From an uncultured Bacilli bacterium (GTDB lineage Bacteria; Bacillota_I; Bacilli_A; RF39; UBA660), in assembly GCA_947631105.1 (NCBI GenBank), contig CANRKD010000002.1, positions 1-54,597 of the forward strand: DNA of 54,597 nucleotides, given 5' to 3'. Below, piece after piece: positions 44,642 through 53,893 of the stretch. The translations under genes and the position numbers were made by a program. The notes under the pieces were generated by a model that worked only from the letters and a program-made list of their open reading frames with translations, made no database searches and had not been told where the DNA came from. Positions within the stretch are counted from its first letter, which is position 1; every line of letters starts with the position of its first letter.

Positions 44642-47479
44642 ATGTTTTGTCCGAATTGTGGAAATAAACTGAATGGAAATGAAGAGTTTTGTCCTTCTTG
44701 TGGAAAAAATATAAAAGAGTTATCTGTTTATAATCAAGAAGTACAAAAGCAAAAGGATATTCAATCAATTCAACAAATAAGTTCAAATAAGAATGTTACC
44801 ATGACCGAAAAATTTTCAAAAAATAGTTCAAATTTTATAAAATCAAAAATTAATAAAATGAAAACCTTCTTTACTAATCATAAAAAACATTGTGCAATTG
44901 CATGTTGTTGTGTTTTAGTAATAGGTATTGGAGTACTTTTATATAGTCGTTTTATTGGATTTGAAAAGTTAAGTTGGAATGATAATTATTCTAATTCTAA
45001 ATTAACTTATGTAACCCAGTCGAATATAAAATTAGGTGTAAATTTTTCTGATAATTCAAAAATTGATGAAATAAAGTATTCTTCTACTTGTGGAGAAGTT
45101 GAAGGTAATGGATTAGAAGTAAAATGGGATTTAACTGAAGCTAGTGGAAAATGTAAAATAACGGCTGCTTATAAGTTGAAGAAAATAAGTAAAGAGTATC
45201 AAATTATACCATTTGATATGACAGAAAAAGAACTTACTTTAGATAATAAAATAGATTTAGATTCTGATGAAGATTTGGATTTAGATCATTTAACAAATAA
45301 ACAAGAAAAAGAATATAAAACGAATCCATTATTATCTGATAGTGATATGGATGGTTTGGATGATGACTATGAAATTAATACAAGTAAAACTAATCCTAAC
45401 AAAAAGGATACAGATGGGGATGGCTTGAGTGATTATGATGAAATAGAATTAGATTTAGATCCTTTAAAGTCAGATTCTAAAGGTGATGGAACAGAAGATG
45501 GAGAAAGAAAACTAACTTATGATTATTCAACAGATGGTGTAAAACTTTCTATTTCTGGTAAAGGAAATATTGCAAGTACGATAGCAAAGATAAATTCAAA
45601 TACTAAAATTAGCAATAAAAAAGGTATGATTGATAATTTATATACATTTTATACTGATGGAAGTATTGATGAAGTAATAGTTACCATTTCATATACAGAT
45701 GAGGATTTATCAAAATATGGATTAAATGAAGACAATTTATCTATCTATTATTATAATGAAAATGAATCAAAATATGAAAAGATTGAAACAACTATTGATA
45801 AAGAAAATAATACTTTAACAGCAAAGTTAAAACATTTTTCTCATTATGTAGTAGGTGATAAGTCATTAGTAAAAGAAAAAGAAACCACTCAAATATTGTT
45901 TATTCTTGATAATTCTTGGAGCATGTATAGTAATGCTCAATATAAAGAAATAACTGGAAAAGAGTACACAGGAGGTTTTTTTGGAGACTCTAAGTTAGAT
46001 GGTTTTGATGAAGCAGGAGTAAGATTTACATTAACCAGTGACTTAGTATCAAGATTATCTCAAAAAAAGTATCAAATAGGATTATCCGAGTTTAGAAGAG
46101 ACTATGCTAATGCCTCTGCCATAGGAACGAATGCAGACTCAATTAAATCTACGTTAAGTGGAATGAATGGTAAGTTTATAACTGAATCGGAGGGTACTAA
46201 TATAGGAAACGCATTAATAAGTGGTATTGAAGAATTTTCTAAAGATAGTGATAATAAGTTTATTGTGTTATTAACTGATGGCCAAGATACTTCGTTAAAT
46301 AGTAAAATCCAAAAAATAATTGATGAAGCCAATTCTAGTGATGTAAAAATATGTTCAATCGGTTTTGGTGGAGGTTCATATAATACTGAATTATCAAATA
46401 TTTCAAATGGTACAGGATGTAAGTTCTTTTCTTCAAGTAATGTGAATGGTTTAACTGAATTGTTTGAAAATGTTGGAGCTGAATTAGATGATGATTTAGT
46501 AGATCTTGATAATGATGATAAGGCAGATGGTATACTATTAGCTGATAGTGGCTTTGTAGTAAACCGTGATGGATTCTCATTTGGAAACTATGGAACAAAT
46601 TTATCTACCGGAGGACATTGTTTTGGAATGGCTACTTTTGCAGAATTATACTATAAAAAAGTATTGCCATTAAAAGTTGGTTCTCTTACATCAGATGATA
46701 ATCAATCTTATGAATATAATTTATCTAATACCTATTTTAAAAATTATAGTAATTTGTATGATTATAAATTAAAAACTAATGCTTTGAAATATACTTTTGG
46801 CTATGATATATTTGGCGAAGAAGCACCGGCAGATTTTAGACGTTTGAAAGATGATGTATTAATTATTAATGACAAATATAAAGAAAAAATAAAAAAATCT
46901 GGAATTTACGATATAAAAGAAGAAAAGTCTGGATTGTCTAAGGAAGAACAAATAAAAAAATGGGGAGTAAATTATAAAACATCAGAGAATTTATTGTTAA
47001 ATGAAGATAAGATGCAAAAAAGTAGTTCTTTTAATAATGATGATAAGCAAATGTTTAATGCTATATATGCAAATTTTATAAAACAAAATTCAACAACTTT
47101 CTATTCATCATCAACTAATTTTACTTTATGGTTGAGAAATGTTGTCGGTACAGAAACGACAGGATATACTGGAGCATCAGGTTTTATAAATATAATAAAG
47201 GCAAGATTAAATGATCATGATCCTTTAGTCATTTCATCAAGTTATAGTGGCGGATTACATGCTATTAATGCAATTAGTTTAATACAGGATATAAAAAATC
47301 CAAATTATTATTATATAGGTGTATACGATAATAATTATCCTGGTAAAAAAAGATATGTCGATGTTAAATGTACAAAAGATGAATGTGTTATAAAAGCAAA
47401 TTCATACTATACAGAATCCGATCAACCTATCAGAATAACACCATCATTAGAATATGATTTGGAATATTTTAATAAATAA
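44642..47479 (+). CDS. Zinc ribbon - TM - TSP3 calcium-binding repeats - vWA - C-terminal Cys/His (papain-like?) domain protein
   Basis: MFCPNCGNKLNGNEEFCPSCG. TM segment AIACCCVLVIGIGVLLY. DSDMDGLDDDYE and DTDGDGLSDYDE repeats. MIDAS DNSWS...GTN...LLTDGQD. GGHCFGMA (Cys codon 46619-21) and GGLHAINA (His codon 47258-60) followed by VYDNN. ATG 44642 preferred over 44591. Confidence 0.8.
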   Translation: MFCPNCGNKLNGNEEFCPSCGKNIKELSVYNQEVQKQKDIQSIQQISSNKNVTMTEKFSKNSSNFIKSKINKMKTFFTNHKKHCAIACCCVLVIGIGVLLYSRFIGFEKLSWNDNYSNSKLTYVTQSNIKLGVNFSDNSKIDEIKYSSTCGEVEGNGLEVKWDLTEASGKCKITAAYKLKKISKEYQIIPFDMTEKELTLDNKIDLDSDEDLDLDHLTNKQEKEYKTNPLLSDSDMDGLDDDYEINTSKTNPNKKDTDGDGLSDYDEIELDLDPLKSDSKGDGTEDGERKLTYDYSTDGVKLSISGKGNIASTIAKINSNTKISNKKGMIDNLYTFYTDGSIDEVIVTISYTDEDLSKYGLNEDNLSIYYYNENESKYEKIETTIDKENNTLTAKLKHFSHYVVGDKSLVKEKETTQILFILDNSWSMYSNAQYKEITGKEYTGGFFGDSKLDGFDEAGVRFTLTSDLVSRLSQKKYQIGLSEFRRDYANASAIGTNADSIKSTLSGMNGKFITESEGTNIGNALISGIEEFSKDSDNKFIVLLTDGQDTSLNSKIQKIIDEANSSDVKICSIGFGGGSYNTELSNISNGTGCKFFSSSNVNGLTELFENVGAELDDDLVDLDNDDKADGILLADSGFVVNRDGFSFGNYGTNLSTGGHCFGMATFAELYYKKVLPLKVGSLTSDDNQSYEYNLSNTYFKNYSNLYDYKLKTNALKYTFGYDIFGEEAPADFRRLKDDVLIINDKYKEKIKKSGIYDIKEEKSGLSKEEQIKKWGVNYKTSENLLLNEDKMQKSSSFNNDDKQMFNAIYANFIKQNSTTFYSSSTNFTLWLRNVVGTETTGYTGASGFINIIKARLNDHDPLVISSSYSGGLHAINAISLIQDIKNPNYYYIGVYDNNYPGKKRYVDVKCTKDECVIKANSYYTESDQPIRITPSLEYDLEYFNK

Positions 47480-47493
47480 GAGGAGAGTGAAAA

Positions 47494-48075
47494 ATGAAAG
47501 AAAATATTTTTATAAAATTTGTAGCTAGTATACCGATTATATTGGTAGCGTTTTATTTCATTCCTTTTTTGGGAGTGTGTTTCTTAATATTAAGATATTT
47601 TGTATATCCTTTCAAAAGAAAATCAACACCTTTTGTTTTAATATTGGTAGGATTAGGAACTTTTATTCCTTTCTTAATCAATTTTATAGCACAACACTAT
47701 AATTTTTCTAATGATGTAATTTTAGCGTTGCAAACTTTTGTAAATTCAAATTTATATCAAGAAAAGTTTATGCATAATAGTAAATTTCTAATTATAATAG
47801 GCTCTTTATTTTTAATTTTTTCTTATTTATTTTCTGTTTTAGAAACAAAACTACAAGTGAATTTTATGAAATATGTGCATAGTGAATTCAAAAAAGATGA
47901 AGAAATATCTAAACAAAATGATATGGAGTTAAAAATAAAACGAGAGAAGGCATTATCTACTGCTTATGTAAAATGTCCTTATTGTGGAGCAGATAATCTT
48001 ATTTCTCAAAAAGTTGGTGTCTGTAGTTATTGTCGAAGAAAATTAGAAAATAAAGCTTTTAAAGAATCACATTGA
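47494..48075 (+). CDS. Four-TM protein with a C-terminal zinc ribbon
   Basis: Hydrophobic N-terminal 120 aa, a charged helix, then CPYCGADNLISQKVGVCSYC. Confidence 0.6.
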   Translation: MKENIFIKFVASIPIILVAFYFIPFLGVCFLILRYFVYPFKRKSTPFVLILVGLGTFIPFLINFIAQHYNFSNDVILALQTFVNSNLYQEKFMHNSKFLIIIGSLFLIFSYLFSVLETKLQVNFMKYVHSEFKKDEEISKQNDMELKIKREKALSTAYVKCPYCGADNLISQKVGVCSYCRRKLENKAFKESH

Positions 48076-48085
48076 TTCTTTTTTC
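48063..48085 (+). terminator. Rho-independent terminator closing the block
   Basis: AGAATCA, loop CAT, TGATTCT, then a T-run. Spans the TGA stop. Confidence 0.7.
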
Positions 48086-48136
48086 TTTTTATTTATCAGT
48101 TTATGATATAATACTTGGGAAAGAAGTTGGTGTAAA

Positions 48137-49537
48137 ATGCATTTACCAAATTTAGAAGAAGCTAAAATAAGAACGGATAAAAAAAGTGAAATAAAAAATA
48201 ATTCTTATGATTTTAAAAAACAATTTCAAAATCAAAAATTTTATTTAAAAACTTATGGTTGTCAAATGAATGTTCATGATTCGGAAGAAATTCGTAAATA
48301 TTTAGAGATGCTTGGTTATCAAGAAACAAAAACTTTAGAAGAAGCGGATATTGTTGTGTTAAATACTTGTGCGATTCGCGAAAATGCCCATGATAAGGTA
48401 TTTGGGTATTTAGGTAGATGTAAACATTTAAAACACGAGAAACCTAATCTTTTAATTTGTTTAGGTGGATGTATGTCTCAAGAAGAAAGTGTCGTTAACG
48501 AAATAAAAAATAAACATCCATATGTCGATATTGTTTTTGGAACGCATAATATTAATGATTTACCGAAGATGATAATAGATGCGAAAGAAAAACAAAATAT
48601 TGAAGTGTATAGTATTGAAGGAAATGTTTATGAAAATGTTTTGTATAGTCGAGATTCAAAAATAACAGCTTGGGTAAATATTATGTATGGTTGCGATAAA
48701 TTTTGTACTTATTGTATAGTACCTTATACTAGAGGAAAACAAAGAAGTCGTCGTTTAGAATCTATTGTTAAAGAAGTAGAAGAATTGAAAGAAGCAGGTT
48801 ATAAAGAAGTCACCTTGTTAGGGCAAAATGTAAATGCTTATGGTAAAGATTTAGAAGAACCTGTAACTTTTAGTGAATTGTTAGAAAAAGTAGCAGAAAC
48901 AAAAATTCCGCGTATTCGTTTTGTAACGAGTCATCCTTGGGATTTTACAAGTGAATTGATTGAATGTATTGCTAAATATGAAAATATTATGCCATATATT
49001 CATTTGCCATTACAAAGTGGGAGTAGTCGTATTTTAAAATTAATGGGAAGGCGTTACACCAAAGAGGAATATTTAAAATTATTTCAAGAAATAAAAGAGA
49101 AAATCAAAGATGTAAGTATTACGACGGATATTATTGTTGGTTTTCCTAATGAAACAGAAGAAGATTTTTTAGAAACTTTAGATGTTGTCAATAAATGTCA
49201 ATTTGATGGCGCATTTACTTTTATATATTCACCAAGAGAAGGAACTCCTGCTCGTTTAATTAAAGATTCTGTTTCTCAAAAAGAAAAAGAGGAGCGCTTA
49301 GCTAGATTAAATAAAATCGTTAATCAGTATTCTTTAAATAACAATAAAAAATTAGAAGGCAAAATCGAGGAAGTTTTATTTTTAGGGGTTAGTGAAAAAG
49401 ATGATAAAAAATTATATGGTTATACCAAGACAATGAAACTTGTAAATGTAAAAGCAGATTCTACATTGATTGGTCAAATTGTTCCGGTAAAAATTACAGA
49501 AGCAAAAAGTTTTAGCTTAGATGGAGAAATCGCATAA
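48137..49537 (+). CDS. miaB: tRNA-i6A37 methylthiotransferase MiaB
   Basis: UPF0004 N-domain (FYLKTYGCQMNVHDSE), radical-SAM CDKFCTYC and a C-terminal TRAM domain. Confidence 0.9.
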   Translation: MHLPNLEEAKIRTDKKSEIKNNSYDFKKQFQNQKFYLKTYGCQMNVHDSEEIRKYLEMLGYQETKTLEEADIVVLNTCAIRENAHDKVFGYLGRCKHLKHEKPNLLICLGGCMSQEESVVNEIKNKHPYVDIVFGTHNINDLPKMIIDAKEKQNIEVYSIEGNVYENVLYSRDSKITAWVNIMYGCDKFCTYCIVPYTRGKQRSRRLESIVKEVEELKEAGYKEVTLLGQNVNAYGKDLEEPVTFSELLEKVAETKIPRIRFVTSHPWDFTSELIECIAKYENIMPYIHLPLQSGSSRILKLMGRRYTKEEYLKLFQEIKEKIKDVSITTDIIVGFPNETEEDFLETLDVVNKCQFDGAFTFIYSPREGTPARLIKDSVSQKEKEERLARLNKIVNQYSLNNNKKLEGKIEEVLFLGVSEKDDKKLYGYTKTMKLVNVKADSTLIGQIVPVKITEAKSFSLDGEIA

Positions 49538-49578
49538 ATTTTTGAAATTTATGCTATAATGAGTTAAAGGGTGATTGT

Positions 49579-50721
49579 ATGGAACGTAAACGAAAAGAAG
49601 AATTAAATATTACGGGAATTAATGAAATCGTATCTTTGTCTAAAAGAATTCTAAATTTGCTTTATATTGTCATGATTATAGCAATTGTTTTTATTAGTAC
49701 GATTTTAATTAAAGAATTAGGCATTTTAACCTTTTTAATGGGGCTTTTAAAAGTTTTGTCTCCTTTATTTATTGGATTTGTGATTGCATGGTTGTTTAAT
49801 CCAATTGTTAAAAAGTTAGAAGAAAAAGGATTGTCTAGAGTTTGGGGAGCACTTTTAATTTATGCTATATTTATATTTATTCTTATTTTATTTTTAAGAT
49901 TTTTAGTCCCAACTATTTATAATCAAATCAATGAATTATTTAGCAATTTACCAACAATATTAAATGATATAAAAAATTCAATTAATCATTTTTTTGATCG
50001 TTTTGCATCACGTGGAGATTTAGATATGAATGCTGTAAAAAATAATGTTATGGCTACATTAGAAAATCATGTTACGCATTTTACAACAACATTCCCAGCA
50101 GCATTTTTGAATTTTATGGTAAAATTTTTCTCTAGTATGGCAGTAATTGTAATGGGACTTTTTGTAGGACTTTATATGTTGTTTGATTTTGATTCGATTA
50201 ATAAACATTTTATGAATTTAATACCCACTCGAAATAAATTTGAAGTTCAAGTGTTATTAAATAATATTGGGGGAGAAGTGCGAAAAACTGTAAATGGAAC
50301 ATTACTAGTAGCGCTGATGGTGTTTGTTTGTGATTCTATTGGTTTTGCTATTGTTGGATTACAAGCGCCATTGTTATTTGGATTGTTTTGTGGAATGACT
50401 GATTTAATCCCTTATATTGGTCCATATATAGGTGGAGCTTTAGCTGTGATTATTGGCTTTAGTCAAAATACATTTATTGGAATCATGACTTTGATGATTT
50501 GTGTCATTGTTCAATGTATAGAGAACTTTATTTTACAACCAATTGTAATGAGTAAAACAATGAAATTACATCCTGTAACCATTATTATTGGCTTATTGAT
50601 TTTTGGTAATTTTTTTGGAATTATTGGAATGATTTTTGCTACTCCATGTATTGCGTTAATAAAAGTTATCTTTGCTTTTGTTGAAAATAAATATAATATT
50701 ACAGAAAAAATTAGTCAGTAA
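49579..50721 (+). CDS. AI-2E (PerM/YhhT) family transporter
   Basis: 380 aa, about 8 TM segments, conserved DLIPYIGPYIGG segment. Confidence 0.85.
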   Translation: MERKRKEELNITGINEIVSLSKRILNLLYIVMIIAIVFISTILIKELGILTFLMGLLKVLSPLFIGFVIAWLFNPIVKKLEEKGLSRVWGALLIYAIFIFILILFLRFLVPTIYNQINELFSNLPTILNDIKNSINHFFDRFASRGDLDMNAVKNNVMATLENHVTHFTTTFPAAFLNFMVKFFSSMAVIVMGLFVGLYMLFDFDSINKHFMNLIPTRNKFEVQVLLNNIGGEVRKTVNGTLLVALMVFVCDSIGFAIVGLQAPLLFGLFCGMTDLIPYIGPYIGGALAVIIGFSQNTFIGIMTLMICVIVQCIENFILQPIVMSKTMKLHPVTIIIGLLIFGNFFGIIGMIFATPCIALIKVIFAFVENKYNITEKISQ

Positions 50722-50732
50722 TAAAAATAAAA

Positions 50733-50754
50733 AGTAACAAAAGTTGCTTTTTTA
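50733..50754 (+). terminator. Rho-independent terminator
   Basis: AGTAAC, loop AAAA, GTTGCT (one G-U pair), then T6. Confidence 0.5.
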
Positions 50755-50775
50755 TTTGAAATAAAGGAGAATAGT

Positions 50776-51306
50776 ATGAAAATTATATTAATAGCAGGGC
50801 TTGCTGGTAGTGGTAAAACTTTATTAGGAGAATTGATTGTTCAACAAGCACAAAATAGTCATTTAAAAGCTATACAAACCGAATATAGTAAATATTTAAA
50901 GTTATATGCTAAAGAAATATTAGGGTATGATGGAAATAGAGAAAAAAAGCCTAGAACTTTTTTGCAAGAAGAAGGCTCGTATATTCGTGAAAATTTAAAA
51001 GATCCCCATTTTTTTACAAGGAGAATGTTAGAAGATTTTCGTATTTATGAGAAATATGCAGATATTGTGGTAATTAGTGATGTACGATTAATTCCTGAAA
51101 TTGAAGATATAAAAGCTAAATATCAAGATGTTATGGCAATTCAAGTTAAAGGAGAACAAAATAGTTATTTAACTAAAAAGCAACAGAGTCATATTACAGA
51201 ACGAGAACTTGTAAATTATCCATATTTTGATAAAATAATAGAAAATACAAATCAAACACAGCTTAATCAATCAGCTAAAGAAATAGTAAAGGAGTTATTT
51301 AAATGA
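50776..51306 (+). CDS. P-loop kinase-like protein (dNMP-kinase-like)
   Basis: Walker A LIAGLAGSGKT and VVISDVRLIPEIEDIK, which resembles the I-x-D-V-R-F-x-N-E segment of phage-type dNMP kinases (from memory). Confidence 0.55.
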   Translation: MKIILIAGLAGSGKTLLGELIVQQAQNSHLKAIQTEYSKYLKLYAKEILGYDGNREKKPRTFLQEEGSYIRENLKDPHFFTRRMLEDFRIYEKYADIVVISDVRLIPEIEDIKAKYQDVMAIQVKGEQNSYLTKKQQSHITERELVNYPYFDKIIENTNQTQLNQSAKEIVKELFK

Positions 51307-53051
51307 ATTTAAAAGATTTATATATTGATTTTTTTGTGAGTAAAGGACATAAACAAATTCCCAGTGCTCCTGTTGTGCCAGAAAATGATCCTTCTGTTTT
51401 ATTTAATACTGCTGGTATGCAACCTTTGGTGCCTTATTTAATGGGACAAAAGCATCCTTATGGAACTCGTCTTTGTGATTATCAAAAATGTATTCGAACC
51501 AATGATTTAGAAAGTGTTGGGGATACTACGCATCATACGTTTTTTGAAATGCTTGGGAATTGGAGTTTAGGAGATTATTTTAAAGAAGAATCAATTGAAT
51601 GGAGTTTTGAATTTTTAACAAAAATTTTAAATATTCCTATTAATCGTTTAGGAGTTACTGTTTTTGCTGGAAATGATTTAATTCCTTTTGATGAAGTCAG
51701 TTATAATAAATGGTTAAGTTTGGGCATACCTGCATCGCGTATTGCAAAGACAGTAGATGATAATTTTTGGATTGCTGGGGATGTTGGACCTTGTGGGAGT
51801 GATACAGAAATTTTTTACTTTCGAAGTGACGAAGAACTTCCTGAAATTTTTGATGTTCAAGATGAACGTTTTGTAGAAATCTGGAATAATGTATTTATGG
51901 AATATTATAAAGATGAAAAGGGAAATATTACAGAACTACCAAAGAAAAACGTTGATACTGGAATGGGCGTTGAGAGAACAACGGCTATCTTAGAAGGAGT
52001 CAATGATAATTATTTATCCAGTATTTGGCAAGATGTGATTCATTTAATTGAAGAAATTTCTGGGGTTTCTTATAAAGGACATGAAAAAAGCATGCGAGTA
52101 ATTGCTGATCATATGCGTACTGCTGTTTTTATTGCAGCAGATCCATCTGGTATTAAACCTTCTAATACTGATCAAGGTTATATTTTAAGAAGATTAATAC
52201 GTCGTGCTATTCGTCATGCTAAACAGTTAAATATTGATATAAATAGCGATTGGGATCAACGTATTGCTAAAATCATTTTAAAAAAATATCAATCTTATTA
52301 TGCGGAGTTAAAAGAAAATGCTCAAGTTGTTTTAAATGTATTAGCAGAAGAAAAACAAAAATTTAACCGTACGTTAGAAAAAGGTTTACGTGAGTTTGAC
52401 AAAATTATAAAAAATCATAATGATATTGATGCAACACATGCATTTCATCTATATGATACGTATGGATTTCCGATTGAATTAACTAAAGAATTAGCAAGTG
52501 AAAAAGGTTTACAAGTAGATGAACAAGGATTTAAAGAAAAATTCCGTGCCCATCAAGAATTATCTAGAACAGCTTCACAAGGCAAATTTAAAGGAGGCCT
52601 TGCAGGAAATGGAGAAGTAGAAACAAAATATCATACTGCAACGCATCTTTTAAATGCCGCCTTAAAAGTGGTAGTAGATAAAAATGTTCATCAAAAAGGT
52701 AGTAATATTACCAGTGAACGCATGCGTTTTGATTTTTCATGTGATCATAAATTAACTGAAGAAGAAAAGCAAAAAGTAGAGGAATTAGTTAACAAATGGA
52801 TACAAGAAGGTTTAGAAGTAACGGTTGAAGAAATGCCTAAAGATCGTGCTATTGCTTCGGGAGCTGAATGCATGTTTATTGAAAAATATCCGGATATTGT
52901 CACCGTTTATTCTATTGGTGATGTTTCACATGAATTATGTGGTGGACCTCATGTAAAAAATACCAGAGAACTAGGAACATTTAAAATTAAAAAAGAAGAA
53001 GCCAGTAGTGCAGGAGTAAGAAGAATTAAAGCAGTATTAATAGAGAAGTGA
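51303..53051 (+). CDS. alaS: Short alanine-tRNA ligase (catalytic plus editing core, no C-Ala domain)
   Basis: FFEMLGNWSLGDYFK, WNNVFMEYY...DTGMGVERT, QGYILRRLIRRAIRH. Editing Zn motifs HTATHLL and CGGPHV. Only 582 aa. ATG overlaps the kinase stop (ATGA). Confidence 0.85.
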   Translation: MNLKDLYIDFFVSKGHKQIPSAPVVPENDPSVLFNTAGMQPLVPYLMGQKHPYGTRLCDYQKCIRTNDLESVGDTTHHTFFEMLGNWSLGDYFKEESIEWSFEFLTKILNIPINRLGVTVFAGNDLIPFDEVSYNKWLSLGIPASRIAKTVDDNFWIAGDVGPCGSDTEIFYFRSDEELPEIFDVQDERFVEIWNNVFMEYYKDEKGNITELPKKNVDTGMGVERTTAILEGVNDNYLSSIWQDVIHLIEEISGVSYKGHEKSMRVIADHMRTAVFIAADPSGIKPSNTDQGYILRRLIRRAIRHAKQLNIDINSDWDQRIAKIILKKYQSYYAELKENAQVVLNVLAEEKQKFNRTLEKGLREFDKIIKNHNDIDATHAFHLYDTYGFPIELTKELASEKGLQVDEQGFKEKFRAHQELSRTASQGKFKGGLAGNGEVETKYHTATHLLNAALKVVVDKNVHQKGSNITSERMRFDFSCDHKLTEEEKQKVEELVNKWIQEGLEVTVEEMPKDRAIASGAECMFIEKYPDIVTVYSIGDVSHELCGGPHVKNTRELGTFKIKKEEASSAGVRRIKAVLIEK

Positions 53052-53138
53052 GAGCTTCTTTTTTTTAATTATATATTAAAATGCGAATTTTGTAGAATAT
53101 TTGTAAATTCCTTTAATATACTTTGGTAGGAGGAATAT

Positions 53139-53855
53139 ATGAGAAAAAAATTTATTTTGGTATTTGCAACAATGATTTTATCAATATTTTTATTTACCCC
53201 GACAACTTTTGCAGTGGATAAATATGGAAAAGTTGAAGGTGTTACAGGTAAAGACTCATTCCAAAGTGGAAGTGATGCTAAAATTACCAGTTATCAAGAA
53301 GGAGATCAAAAAGTTTTTGTTGTAACTTATGGTGCTATGGACTTAAAATATGTTAAAGAAAATACAGAAATAGGTAGAACAATTGAAGCTGCTTGGGTAG
53401 GAGCCAGAGCTTATGCTCCAGATGGAACAGATGAAAATATTAATGATATTACTTTTCGTGTTTTAAATTCTTCTGGAGAATGGACTGAAAAAAAATTTAA
53501 AGATTTCAAAGATTCAAAAGCAGCACCACATTATATTGATTTATATGGAGCAGTTACCAAAGAAAAATTAGAAGCAGTAGCAAAGGAAGGTAAAGATAAT
53601 TTAGTAGTAGGAACTTGGGAATTTGATTGGAATAATAATAAAAAATATGAACAAAAAATTATTATTCAAATTGACCCTCAAGTAGTAAAATTATCAGATC
53701 AAAAAGGCGAAAGTCTATTTACACCAGAAAAATATAATGAAATTGCTTCCCAAGAGACAATGCCTAAAACAGGTGATAATAAAACTTTACTTTATGTTAG
53801 TTTAATAGCAATTGCATCTGTTGCTGGAATTTGTACACTGAATAAAATTAGATAG
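53139..53855 (+). CDS. Sortase-anchored cell-wall protein
   Basis: Signal peptide MRKKFILVFATMILSIFLFTPTTFA. C-terminal MPKTG, a hydrophobic segment and a basic tail (NKIR). Confidence 0.75.
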   Translation: MRKKFILVFATMILSIFLFTPTTFAVDKYGKVEGVTGKDSFQSGSDAKITSYQEGDQKVFVVTYGAMDLKYVKENTEIGRTIEAAWVGARAYAPDGTDENINDITFRVLNSSGEWTEKKFKDFKDSKAAPHYIDLYGAVTKEKLEAVAKEGKDNLVVGTWEFDWNNNKKYEQKIIIQIDPQVVKLSDQKGESLFTPEKYNEIASQETMPKTGDNKTLLYVSLIAIASVAGICTLNKIR

Positions 53856-53876
53856 GATAATAATCCTATTTTTTTT
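53852..53876 (+). terminator. Rho-independent terminator
   Basis: ATAGGAT (53852-58), loop AATA, ATCCTAT (53863-69), T7. Confidence 0.75.
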
Positions 53877-53893
53877 ATGAAATAGCATACGTA

